Below, piece by piece: positions 17,475 through 26,084 of a stretch of DNA of 64,000 nucleotides. This DNA comes from an uncultured Eubacteriales bacterium (GTDB taxonomy: Bacteria > Bacillota > Clostridia > Oscillospirales > CAG-272), in the NCBI GenBank assembly GCA_900547725.1, contig URHR01000001.1, forward strand, positions 19,894 to 83,893, read 5' to 3'. The notes below the pieces were generated by a model. It was given only the letters and a program-made list of their open reading frames with translations, made no database searches and had not been told where the DNA came from. The number at the start of each line of letters is the position of its first letter. Position 1 is the stretch's first letter. The translations under genes were made by a program, and so were the position numbers.

Positions 17475-20400
17475 TTACGATTGCCGGTTTTTGGGAATTT
17501 TTTTGATTGCGCCGATGAGATCGGCAAACGATTTTTTCCTGATTGCAAACCAGAAGACCGAAAATCCGCCAAGTCCTGCGACCGCTGCCGAACCGACCGC
17601 GATACCCGCAATCGCCCCGCCCGAAAGTCCGTCTTTTTTGTCGGGAACGGGGGGATTTTCGCTGTCAGCCGTTTTTTCGCCGTCTGCCGTGCCGCCGCCC
17701 GGTGTGTTGTCCCCATACACGGCGGTAAGAACCCTTTCGTCCGTCACCTCAAAGGTATATTCCTTTTCGGTGCTTACGATTTTTCCGCTTTCGTCCTGCC
17801 AGCCTTTGAATACCTTGCCTTCTTTCTCCTCTGCCGTTACGGTTACGCTTTCACCGTGCGTATAGAATTTGCTTTCGCCGTTTACTACCACATGATACGT
17901 GCCGATTTTGGCAATTCTGAGGTCGGTGATTTCCTTTCCGTCCTTGTCAAAGTGTCTGCCGCAAGTTGCACAATCCTTGTGTCCTTTCGTTCCGAACACT
18001 TCCGTTGTAGCAGGGATTTCATCGATCCACTTCCCAAAGCTGTGTCCTTCGGGATTAACGGGCAGTTTCAGATCTTCCAGTGTGGTTTCCTGCTTGTTTT
18101 CATCCACAAGTTTTTTACAAGCCGGACATTCATAGTGCGCCTTTACGCCGTTTTGCATACAGGTGGAATCCGTTTGCCCGACAAGCGTACTGAAATCGTG
18201 CGGGGCTTCGCCCGATTTCGCGCCGCAGGTCTTGCACGCATAGAAGTGCGTATCCTTTCCTGCGGTATAAACCGAACTGAAGCTGTGCCCCGTCGCGGGT
18301 ATGCTTGCAGCCGAGTCGTTCCACGGCTTCGTGCAGGCGGCGTCGAAAAATTCTTTTCCGCAACCAACGCAGGCATATTTATCCTGCACGCCCGCTTCGG
18401 TACAGGTTGCAAGTTTTCCCATCTCTTTTATCGTCACGTTTTCGTGTATACAATCGGTTGCTCTCCGCGTTTGAACGGTGAACGTTACTTTCGTCATATC
18501 CGCGCTTTGTTCATATCTCATCAAAGTGCAGCCCGTAATATTGAAATCGCAAAGCCATCTGTCGATATTCCCTGCTTTCAAAGCCGGAAAAATCTTCCCC
18601 TCGGGTGCCTGAACCGTAAAACTGACTTCGCACGGAACGCCCAGGTAAAACAACCCGTCAATCAACGGACCGATGCTTGTTTGGTCTACCGTCACCTCAC
18701 ATCCGTTCTTTTCGGTGATTTTCAGCGTTTCGGGAAGATTTCCGGCGAGCGGTTGAGAAACTTCAATGTCCAAAGATTGCACCGTGTTTTCAACGCGCAA
18801 TAATACCAGAATAACCAGACTTCCGTCGCCTGATCTGATCTGTTTGCTCAAAAGTTCGCCGTTTGTTACGGTGACGTTGAGGTCGTCGACGCTTGCGGGG
18901 AATTTGCAGGTTGTGTGCGGCTTGAATGAGTAAACCATGACGCTGTTGTTGGTAATATATACCCCGCCGCAATCGGCAGCATTGCACAATGTGTCGTTGC
19001 CGTCGAGATCCGAAGACGCCTTGTAATAATAAATCCCGTTGGGAATGACGTTGCCTTTCACGACGTTGGGATAAAACAACGGGCTGTATGCCATTCCTTT
19101 ATAAAACTCGGGCACGTCGATTACAACTTCCCTGATATATTCGTCCGAGGAACACTCGGTGCAGATTCCGCCCACGAAATTGTGCGCCTTGAAATCACCG
19201 TATTCGCAACCGCAAACGTCACCGTTATACATATAATCACACTTTGCACGCTTCTGACAGGTTGCCACGCCGCCTTTGGGAGAGTGTCTCAGTTTGGTGT
19301 TTTCTTCTCCGCAATACTTGCAAAAGCCAAGATGTGTGTATGTTCCGTCTCCGTTGCCGAACGATCTGAACTCGTACTGATGCCCCGTAGCGGCAAGATA
19401 CTCTTTTCCGCACGCCTCGCACTTTGCGCCGCTTAAACAGGTCTGAATACCGCCGCTGTGTTTTTCCTTTATGATGTTTCCGCTTCCGTCCTTTTCAACT
19501 TCTCCGCAAGCGCACTGAAACACGTGGCGAGTCCCGTCGGCATCGTCCGGCGCAGCGGCGAAAGTATGTTTTGCGTCCGGACGATTCAGGTCGCCGCACG
19601 TTTTGCACTTCGCGTTGCAACCGGAATAAAAATCGTGGCCTTCGTATCCCGAGCCTTTGTCAAAAGCAGGGGCAACGCCGGGGCAGGCCGGGTCGGTGCA
19701 TTTTGTGTAGCTGTGATGGTCCAAATCGATCTTCTCGATTTTTTCAACCCACGTATGCTCGTGTCCGCCCGATACGGCTGCAATCCCGACGGGAATATCG
19801 CAGGTCTGCCCGTCCGCCGCCGTTGCGGTGATGTACATCGTTCCGCCGTCCATTGCGTTCACGGCGGTTATCCGATAGTAGCAGGTCGATTCGTCAAAAA
19901 CGTTGCTCGTTTGAATTTCCACACCTACGGGCACATTCTTTGCCGCATAGGTGTATGGACCGGGCGCGCCTCTGAGCCATATTCCCGTGTCGGTGTACAA
20001 CGTGCCGATTTTGCCCGTTTTTTCTACGCCGATTTCAGGATATACGGTTTGCGTATAACCGATATATGTCATACCTTTTGAAATGACAAAGTCCATGTCT
20101 ATTGCCGTTGTAGTGGCGTTGCGTCCTGCGCTGTCCCAGAGTTCGATATCCTTGCCTTTGCCAAACTCCGCGCCCAATATCTGCATATTTCTTTTGAGCA
20201 GAGCTGCGTCTTTGGACAACTTATAGTTCTCTTTCGGCGAAAAACGGACGCGGATACAATACGCAACGTTCTTCTCCACGAGTTGATTTTCAACTCTGCT
20301 CCACGGAAACGACGCTTTGTCTTTTTCCCACAGCGTTATTGCCTGACCTTTTTTGGATATGAAGAGGAGCGTTGCCGTATAGTTTGCGCCGCTCGGCACT

Positions 20401-20627
20401 TTGAGCATTCCTTCCGCTTCGTTTTCAAATTCGAATGCATCGGCAAGACTGTCGCCTACGTTTACCTTTCCGAACGCAACGCCCAATGTGTCAATCTGCG
20501 TTCCGTCTTTCGCGTATACTGCAAAAGTCGGGCTTGCAAATACAATGCCAAGCATAAACGCAAGGCAAATCGCAAGTCGCAAAGCTACCGTTACGATCTT
20601 TGGTTTACTTGTCTTGTAGGGTGTCAT
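17475..20627 (-). CDS. 1050-aa secreted Cys/His-rich surface protein with a C-terminal TM anchor
   Basis: Trimmed from 20978 to the ATG at 20627 (RBS GAAGGAG). Signal peptide IVTVALRLAICLAFMLGIVFASPTFAVYA. Many C-x-x-C / H-x-F modules. One Flg_new repeat (KVFKGWQD). C-terminal TM segment GGAIAGIAVGSAAVAGLGGFSVFWFAIRKK. Confidence 0.8.
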   Translation of the reverse strand: MTPYKTSKPKIVTVALRLAICLAFMLGIVFASPTFAVYAKDGTQIDTLGVAFGKVNVGDSLADAFEFENEAEGMLKVPSGANYTATLLFISKKGQAITLWEKDKASFPWSRVENQLVEKNVAYCIRVRFSPKENYKLSKDAALLKRNMQILGAEFGKGKDIELWDSAGRNATTTAIDMDFVISKGMTYIGYTQTVYPEIGVEKTGKIGTLYTDTGIWLRGAPGPYTYAAKNVPVGVEIQTSNVFDESTCYYRITAVNAMDGGTMYITATAADGQTCDIPVGIAAVSGGHEHTWVEKIEKIDLDHHSYTKCTDPACPGVAPAFDKGSGYEGHDFYSGCNAKCKTCGDLNRPDAKHTFAAAPDDADGTRHVFQCACGEVEKDGSGNIIKEKHSGGIQTCLSGAKCEACGKEYLAATGHQYEFRSFGNGDGTYTHLGFCKYCGEENTKLRHSPKGGVATCQKRAKCDYMYNGDVCGCEYGDFKAHNFVGGICTECSSDEYIREVVIDVPEFYKGMAYSPLFYPNVVKGNVIPNGIYYYKASSDLDGNDTLCNAADCGGVYITNNSVMVYSFKPHTTCKFPASVDDLNVTVTNGELLSKQIRSGDGSLVILVLLRVENTVQSLDIEVSQPLAGNLPETLKITEKNGCEVTVDQTSIGPLIDGLFYLGVPCEVSFTVQAPEGKIFPALKAGNIDRWLCDFNITGCTLMRYEQSADMTKVTFTVQTRRATDCIHENVTIKEMGKLATCTEAGVQDKYACVGCGKEFFDAACTKPWNDSAASIPATGHSFSSVYTAGKDTHFYACKTCGAKSGEAPHDFSTLVGQTDSTCMQNGVKAHYECPACKKLVDENKQETTLEDLKLPVNPEGHSFGKWIDEIPATTEVFGTKGHKDCATCGRHFDKDGKEITDLRIAKIGTYHVVVNGESKFYTHGESVTVTAEEKEGKVFKGWQDESGKIVSTEKEYTFEVTDERVLTAVYGDNTPGGGTADGEKTADSENPPVPDKKDGLSGGAIAGIAVGSAAVAGLGGFSVFWFAIRKKSFADLIGAIKKIPKNRQS

Positions 20628-20675
20628 AGAATGCTCCTTCTCCGGTTGTATTTTGCTTGTTGTTGCAAATGGCAC

Positions 20676-20704
20676 TTGACTTTCGCGCGCGTGTGTGATA
20701 TACT
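20676..20704 (+). promoter_or_regulatory. Candidate promoter of the SBP-LuxR pair
   Basis: TTGACT (20676-20681), a 17-nt spacer, then TATACT (20699-20704). The spacer contains the alternating tract CGCGCGCGTGTGTG. Confidence 0.5.
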
Positions 20705-20880
20705 GTAAATGCACGCGGTGTTTCTGTGCCCGCAACGTTTGAAGCATCATCAGTATAGCATAAACGCAATGAAAATTCCCCCACCCAAACCTTAAAAAGG
20801 TTGGGAAAACCAAAAAAAAATAAATTTTTTTTAAAAATTCGGTGGGCAAACGCTCATACAACCGGTAACGGAGGATCGAT

Positions 20881-22236
20881 ATGAGAGGGAAAACCAAAAA
20901 AATTGTTTCATGGTTTGCCGTCTTCGCGATGGCGCTCGCAATCCCCTTTCCTTTTTTTTCCTGCAAGAAAAACAACACCTTGCTGGATCCCCAAAACCCG
21001 ACGACCCTTACGATGTGGCACGTTTACGGCGAGCAGGTCAATTCGCCCATGAACGACTTTATCGAGCAATTCAATGCAACCGTCGGCAAAGAAAAAGGAA
21101 TCATTATTAACGTTACGCTGATGTCAAACGCCTCGCAGATCGGAGAAAAACTGAAAGACGCTCAGACAGGCAAAGCGGGATCCAAGGAAATGCCCGATTT
21201 GTTCTTTTGTCATTCGAATGACGCGCGTGGCCTTGGCACGGACAATCTTCTGAATTGGAACGATTATTTTTCCCCGTCCGAACTTGACAAATTCGTCCCC
21301 GATTTTTTAGACGACGGAATGGTCGACGATCATCTCGTTGTGTTCCCCGTTTCCAAATCGACGTATATGCTCTTCATCGCAGGCGGAGTTTTCGACAGAT
21401 TCGCCGCCGCCAAAGATGTTTCGCTATCTGACCTCGAAACCTGGAAAGGGTTCTTCTCCGTTGCCGAAAAGTATTACGATTGGTCGGGCGGCAAACCGTT
21501 CTGCGCGATCGATTATCTGATCAGAATTGCAGAACTGTGCGCCATATCCGACGGAGAGAATATTTCTTATAAAGACGGCTGGTACGACGCAAACAACCCC
21601 GCTCTGATAAACGCATACGAGATGTTTGCCACGTCTATCGCCAAAGGACATATTGTCGTATCCGATTTGTATTCCAACACGCAGGTTATGACGGGACAGA
21701 CTTGCGCAGGCATCGGTTCTTCGGCTTCCGTTCTTTATTACAACGACGAAATCACCTACCCCGACAATACGTCGGAAGCCATAAATCTGAAAGTCTTGCC
21801 CATGCCCCAACAGACAGGCAAACAAAAAGTCGCCACGCAATCGGGCGTCGGGCTTTGCGCTTATAAAACGACCGACCGGAAAGCCGAGGCTGCAACCGTC
21901 TTTGCGCAGTGGTTTACCGAGGAACAGCGCAACGTGGACTTCGTTCTTTCAACCGGATATATGCCTGTCAGAACGGGGGCTTTCGCCAAAATCGGAGATG
22001 ATTCCTTTCAGTCGGACGCCTACAAAAACCTTTACACCGCCTTCTCGAAAACCGTCGCAACCTGCACCTTTGTGAAAGAACCGAACTTCGACGGCTATTA
22101 TTCCAACGTGCGCACGCTGTACGACGAAATCCGCAAAATTCAGAAAAATCTTTCTTCACTATACGCGGCGGGCGAAACCACAGAGCAAATCGTCGCGAAA
22201 ATGAACGCCGCGCTAACGTCGCCTGACACAAAATAG
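20881..22236 (+). CDS. Lipoprotein solute-binding protein (ABC family-1)
   Basis: Lipobox AMALAIPFPFFSC. RBS GGAGGA. Typical SBP opening PTTLTMWHVYGEQ. Confidence 0.85.
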   Translation: MRGKTKKIVSWFAVFAMALAIPFPFFSCKKNNTLLDPQNPTTLTMWHVYGEQVNSPMNDFIEQFNATVGKEKGIIINVTLMSNASQIGEKLKDAQTGKAGSKEMPDLFFCHSNDARGLGTDNLLNWNDYFSPSELDKFVPDFLDDGMVDDHLVVFPVSKSTYMLFIAGGVFDRFAAAKDVSLSDLETWKGFFSVAEKYYDWSGGKPFCAIDYLIRIAELCAISDGENISYKDGWYDANNPALINAYEMFATSIAKGHIVVSDLYSNTQVMTGQTCAGIGSSASVLYYNDEITYPDNTSEAINLKVLPMPQQTGKQKVATQSGVGLCAYKTTDRKAEAATVFAQWFTEEQRNVDFVLSTGYMPVRTGAFAKIGDDSFQSDAYKNLYTAFSKTVATCTFVKEPNFDGYYSNVRTLYDEIRKIQKNLSSLYAAGETTEQIVAKMNAALTSPDTK

Positions 22237-22251
22237 CGAAGCAACCGGAAT

Positions 22252-23877
22252 ATGAAACTCATAGATTTCAAAAAGAAGAAAACATCTATGCATCGTAAGC
22301 TTTTGTTCTATATGCTTACGCTTGTTCTCGTTGTCGTGATGTTTATCGCAGTCGGCTTGTTTTTCGTCGGGCAGTTTTCTACAACAACGGAAAAATATTC
22401 AAACAATCTGACTTTTCAAAACGAGTTTTATACCAGACAAATCGAAAAATACTTTGACGGTATTTCGATGATGAGCGAAATGCTCGCAGCCGATTCTTCG
22501 GCGATAATAGACGCGTATCTGGATGAAAAAGAAATTCATGTAAGCGCGCTCAACGATTCTCAATTGTATACGGAAGGCGTGCAGGAAGCTCTTTTCCCCA
22601 AACTGAAAGAAGAGTTGCTTAAAGCGGACGCTTCGGGCGCATTTATCATGCTTAACGCAACCGTGAATACCGGCAAAGCCAACTCGGATAAATCCAAAAC
22701 AGGATTATATTTTCAACGCAGTACCCTTGACCAAACAGATGAAACGCTGCTGCTGTTTCGGGGCAGCGCGGAGCTCGGAAGGAAAAACAACATCATGCCT
22801 CACCGCAAATGGCGATTGGAATTCAGAACCGATTTCGTGCCGCAAACGGAAACCTTCTTTAACGAAACGATCGTCAAAGAAAAAAATTCCGTGTTGACCG
22901 ATATTTTTACGCTGAACGGAACAAGCGAAAAAGCAATGGCGTTCATTACGCCGCTGTTCGGCGCCGACGGCTCGTATTACGGCATTTGCGGGTTTGAAAT
23001 CTCAAATAATTACTTCAAAGACTTCTTTGCTCAGCCCACAAGGTTAGAGCAACTGACCTGCACCTTTTCCAAGTCGGCAGAAGACGGCAAAATCGACTGT
23101 GAAAACATATTCTGGGCAGGCGTTCTCGGCGGCTATTCCCTGAAACCGAGCGGTACGCTCGTACCAAAGGAAATGAACGACTCGCTCACCGAGTTCTTGG
23201 GCGAAAACACTTTCGTTGCTGCTAAAAACGAGGTTACGATCTGCAATAAGTCCTACACCCTTGCAGTTATGCAACCGAAAAGCGAATTCGACAAGACCGT
23301 GGCAGTCAATGTCACAAGAATCGTGTTGGTATGCTTTTTACTCGTTTTTTCCGCCGTTGTGCTGTGCGTGATTTTTTCAAAAAAATTCGTTTCCCCGGTG
23401 ATAAAAAGTCTTGAAAAAATACGGATGCAGGAGCATGCCGGAACAAAATCAGATATTATCGAAATCGACGACTTGTTCGTCTATCTTGCCGAACAGGACA
23501 GACTTCGCGATCTCGAAACGGAAACCCTGAAACGTCAGAACGAAGAACTTGCAATCGTAACCGAAAACCAGACAAGCGAAATCGACAAACGGCAAACGGA
23601 AATCGAGCGGCTGGCTTATTCCCGCAAAAACGAGATCGATCCGGATAATTATGAAGCATTCAAAATCGGCTTAAGAGAGCTTACAAAAACAGAAAAAACC
23701 GTTTTTAACCTCTATCTGCAAGGCAAAACCGCAAAAGAAATCGCCGATACACTTAATATACGCGAAAGTACGCTCAAATTCCACAATCACAATATTCTGG
23801 AAAAACTCGGTGTGTCATCCCGCAAGCAAATGCTGCGCTACGCAACTCTGCTGAAACAGGAAAAGCAGAACGAATGA
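22252..23877 (+). CDS. Membrane-bound one-component regulator: two TM segments, an extracytoplasmic domain and a LuxR/GerE HTH
   Basis: TM1 is LLFYMLTLVLVVVMFIAVGLFFVG and TM2 is IVLVCFLLVFSAVVLCVIF. C-terminal HTH region LTKTEKTVFNLYLQGKTAKEIADTLNIRESTLKFHNHNILEKLGVSSRKQM. Confidence 0.8.
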   Translation: MKLIDFKKKKTSMHRKLLFYMLTLVLVVVMFIAVGLFFVGQFSTTTEKYSNNLTFQNEFYTRQIEKYFDGISMMSEMLAADSSAIIDAYLDEKEIHVSALNDSQLYTEGVQEALFPKLKEELLKADASGAFIMLNATVNTGKANSDKSKTGLYFQRSTLDQTDETLLLFRGSAELGRKNNIMPHRKWRLEFRTDFVPQTETFFNETIVKEKNSVLTDIFTLNGTSEKAMAFITPLFGADGSYYGICGFEISNNYFKDFFAQPTRLEQLTCTFSKSAEDGKIDCENIFWAGVLGGYSLKPSGTLVPKEMNDSLTEFLGENTFVAAKNEVTICNKSYTLAVMQPKSEFDKTVAVNVTRIVLVCFLLVFSAVVLCVIFSKKFVSPVIKSLEKIRMQEHAGTKSDIIEIDDLFVYLAEQDRLRDLETETLKRQNEELAIVTENQTSEIDKRQTEIERLAYSRKNEIDPDNYEAFKIGLRELTKTEKTVFNLYLQGKTAKEIADTLNIRESTLKFHNHNILEKLGVSSRKQMLRYATLLKQEKQNE

Positions 23878-24135
23878 CATAACCGAATTATCGTGTATTT
23901 TGCAGAACACCGTGAATCGCCCGAAGAAGCAAAAAACAGATAGGTAAAGACGAACACTTGGTTGTTAAAATTTACATAGGGAGGTTTTTGTAAAAAAAAG
24001 AGCAAGAAGAGGCGAAAAAAGCAAAAAGACAAAGGTGAAATTTAAAGATGCTGAATCTATAATTGATTTCTTCTTGAAATATGTTCTAAAAGCTGCATAC
24101 TCTTATCTATCGTAAATATCATATACATTATCCCT

Positions 24136-24162
24136 CTCCGCGTTTCGTAATGAAACGCGGAG
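24136..24162. repeat. Perfect hairpin (11-bp stem)
   Basis: CTCCGCGTTTC, loop gtaat, GAAACGCGGAG. Confidence 0.8.
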
Positions 24163-24172
24163 TCAGATTACT

Positions 24173-24210
24173 GACAAAGGTCTCAGAACTCTCGTTCTGA
24201 GACCTTTGTC
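24173..24210. repeat. Perfect hairpin (16-bp stem)
   Basis: GACAAAGGTCTCAGAA, loop ctctcg, TTCTGAGACCTTTGTC. No flanking U-run on either strand. Confidence 0.8.
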
Positions 24211-24349
24211 GTACTTTACAAGTATTCGTATAAGTGATATAACAGAGGTATAAAAAGAAGCACGGAAGAGTGCCAATGTTTACGGAAGAAGCGGAGAAGA
24301 GATCCTGTTCAAGCAGATAAGGAACCTTTCTACAGTTTAGGTTTTCCCG

Positions 24350-24398
24350 AAACAATATGCACCCCTGATGTTAGACACTTTTGGGGTGCATATTGTTT
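24350..24398. repeat. Perfect hairpin (16-bp stem, 17-nt loop)
   Basis: AAACAATATGCACCCC, a 17-nt loop, then GGGGTGCATATTGTTT. Confidence 0.8.
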
Positions 24399-24518
24399 AC
24401 AGGTAAAACAGAAAAACAGATAGATAAAACAGGAGATAACCGACAGAATGTAAAATAACTCAAAATGGAGATGAACTACTTAAAAAGCTGAGCGCCTTGG
24501 TTCTTGCGAAAGAGCAAA

Positions 24519-26036
24519 TCAATTCATACAAAAAGATATGCAGTTGTTGACCTGCTGAATCTTACAGCCAGTCGCGGTTGGCAATATAGTTCCGTCAATC
24601 CCGACCATATATGCAAACCCATTTCTAACAAAATTTATCCCATCTGCTCCGATTTCCACTGCACGGTCCGGCGCTCCGATGTCATATTCAATTGAGGAAC
24701 AGCCACGTATCAATATTCTATCGGCTGTCAGTACAATTTGTGCGGTCGGGTGTTCACCCCGCACAATATCAACTGCAAGCGTCTCCCCCTTTTCCTCTAC
24801 CATAATATCGACTGCATCATCGGCTACTTTCAATCGGCATGGGTTGCTTTCAGTACTCCAAAGCCGAGCATCTACCACAGACAAATTTTCATACCTGGCA
24901 TCCCAGTTGGGGTTCGGCTCCTTTAGGTAAGCCTCTTGGTAGCGATCATCAAATTTCTGTATATCTCTGAAAAACAGATTTGTTCGATCAAAAAAGAGAT
25001 TAGCACGGTAAAATTGACTGCTGAACCAAATCGATTTGTATCCATTTCCTGTCCAATCCTGCAACGCGCACAGTGCCGACGTCGGTGTATGTAAAAAATT
25101 TTTTCGAAACCGAATTCCGGTCTCCTCCAAAAATTCTATCCGCACGCTTCCCGCCATCTGCAGTTTTTGCAGTTTTTCCAACTGCATAACATATCCCTTT
25201 TTCATTTTCTCCCATCCAAAGCTGTTTTCCTGCCCGGTCGTACAGTGTGAAAAGCAAACACATGGATTCTCAAAATATTGCCGGAAATACCAATCCAACA
25301 CATCCGAATTATTACCACTGCTCCATACAGGTTCCATTGTGCAACAGCCTTGCTCAAATCCGGCGTGATTTATTTGCTCATCATAGCCGTAAATAGGATC
25401 AATTCCAAGCATTCGGAATACCGGTGTACTGATGGTATTCTCCGCCCGTGAAGCAGGACAAAGCATATTGTTTTTGGATGGATAATATCCTCCGCTATAA
25501 TAGCCTCCCCAAAGTGTATACGCATCTACCGCATACTGCTCCCGGCAGATACAAAAAGCTTTGACATGATATTGTTCACTCATATATGCCATGGAATGTG
25601 CGTCGAGTAACCAAGAACCGGCAACCTGCGGGTAATATCCAAAATGTGCAGCAAATGCAGCAAACACCTCGTCGATAATAGCTTCCCTCTGTGTCGGAGT
25701 ATATGCCGGCAGAAAGCCTGGATTAACATACCAGTCCCAATCAAATCCCGGTCGTCCCCTCCACGGAATGCCCAGCTTTTCAGTCAACTGTCGGTTCATC
25801 TCCATCCAAACACCAAATTTCAGCAGTCTATCGGATTTGTCACAAAGAGCTATCATATCCTCTCTAAGCATAGCATCGTATTGTAACAAAAATGTTTGCG
25901 GCAATCCGTAAAAACGCCCCAATTCCATTTGTTTACGAACCGGCATAACAAGATCCATCGGCTTTCGCGGCTCACACCCTCTTACAAAATTGACAAGATT
26001 GACAACTCGCTCCTGCTTCACATTACTTTCCTCCAT
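24519..26036 (-). CDS. Cytoplasmic protein of unknown function, probably carbohydrate-active by context
   Basis: Clean 505-aa ORF in the low-GC block with no signal peptide, rich in W/Y/G (GFDWDWYVNPGFLPAY, LWGGYYSGGYYPSKNN). The start could instead be the GTG at 26021, preceded by GGAGGA. Confidence 0.65.
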   Translation of the reverse strand: MEESNVKQERVVNLVNFVRGCEPRKPMDLVMPVRKQMELGRFYGLPQTFLLQYDAMLREDMIALCDKSDRLLKFGVWMEMNRQLTEKLGIPWRGRPGFDWDWYVNPGFLPAYTPTQREAIIDEVFAAFAAHFGYYPQVAGSWLLDAHSMAYMSEQYHVKAFCICREQYAVDAYTLWGGYYSGGYYPSKNNMLCPASRAENTISTPVFRMLGIDPIYGYDEQINHAGFEQGCCTMEPVWSSGNNSDVLDWYFRQYFENPCVCFSHCTTGQENSFGWEKMKKGYVMQLEKLQKLQMAGSVRIEFLEETGIRFRKNFLHTPTSALCALQDWTGNGYKSIWFSSQFYRANLFFDRTNLFFRDIQKFDDRYQEAYLKEPNPNWDARYENLSVVDARLWSTESNPCRLKVADDAVDIMVEEKGETLAVDIVRGEHPTAQIVLTADRILIRGCSSIEYDIGAPDRAVEIGADGINFVRNGFAYMVGIDGTILPTATGCKIQQVNNCISFCMN

Positions 26037-26084
26037 TAATTTTCACTCATAATAAGCTACCGTTCGATGACCTCCTTTGATCAT

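Noticed and set aside
17465-17488. Hairpin ACCGGC-N12-GCCGGT followed by TTTTT at the end of the 17475 gene
   Set aside because: The U-tract is on the plus strand while all neighbouring genes are on the minus strand. The loop contains the gene's stop codon. It is not convincing as a terminator for the relevant strand.
23838-24355. Small ORFs in the AT-rich spacer (23838..24032, 24128..24355)
   Set aside because: They have no RBS and Phe/Leu/Ser-rich low-complexity products, and they overlap the hairpin arms. The spacer is more likely non-coding.
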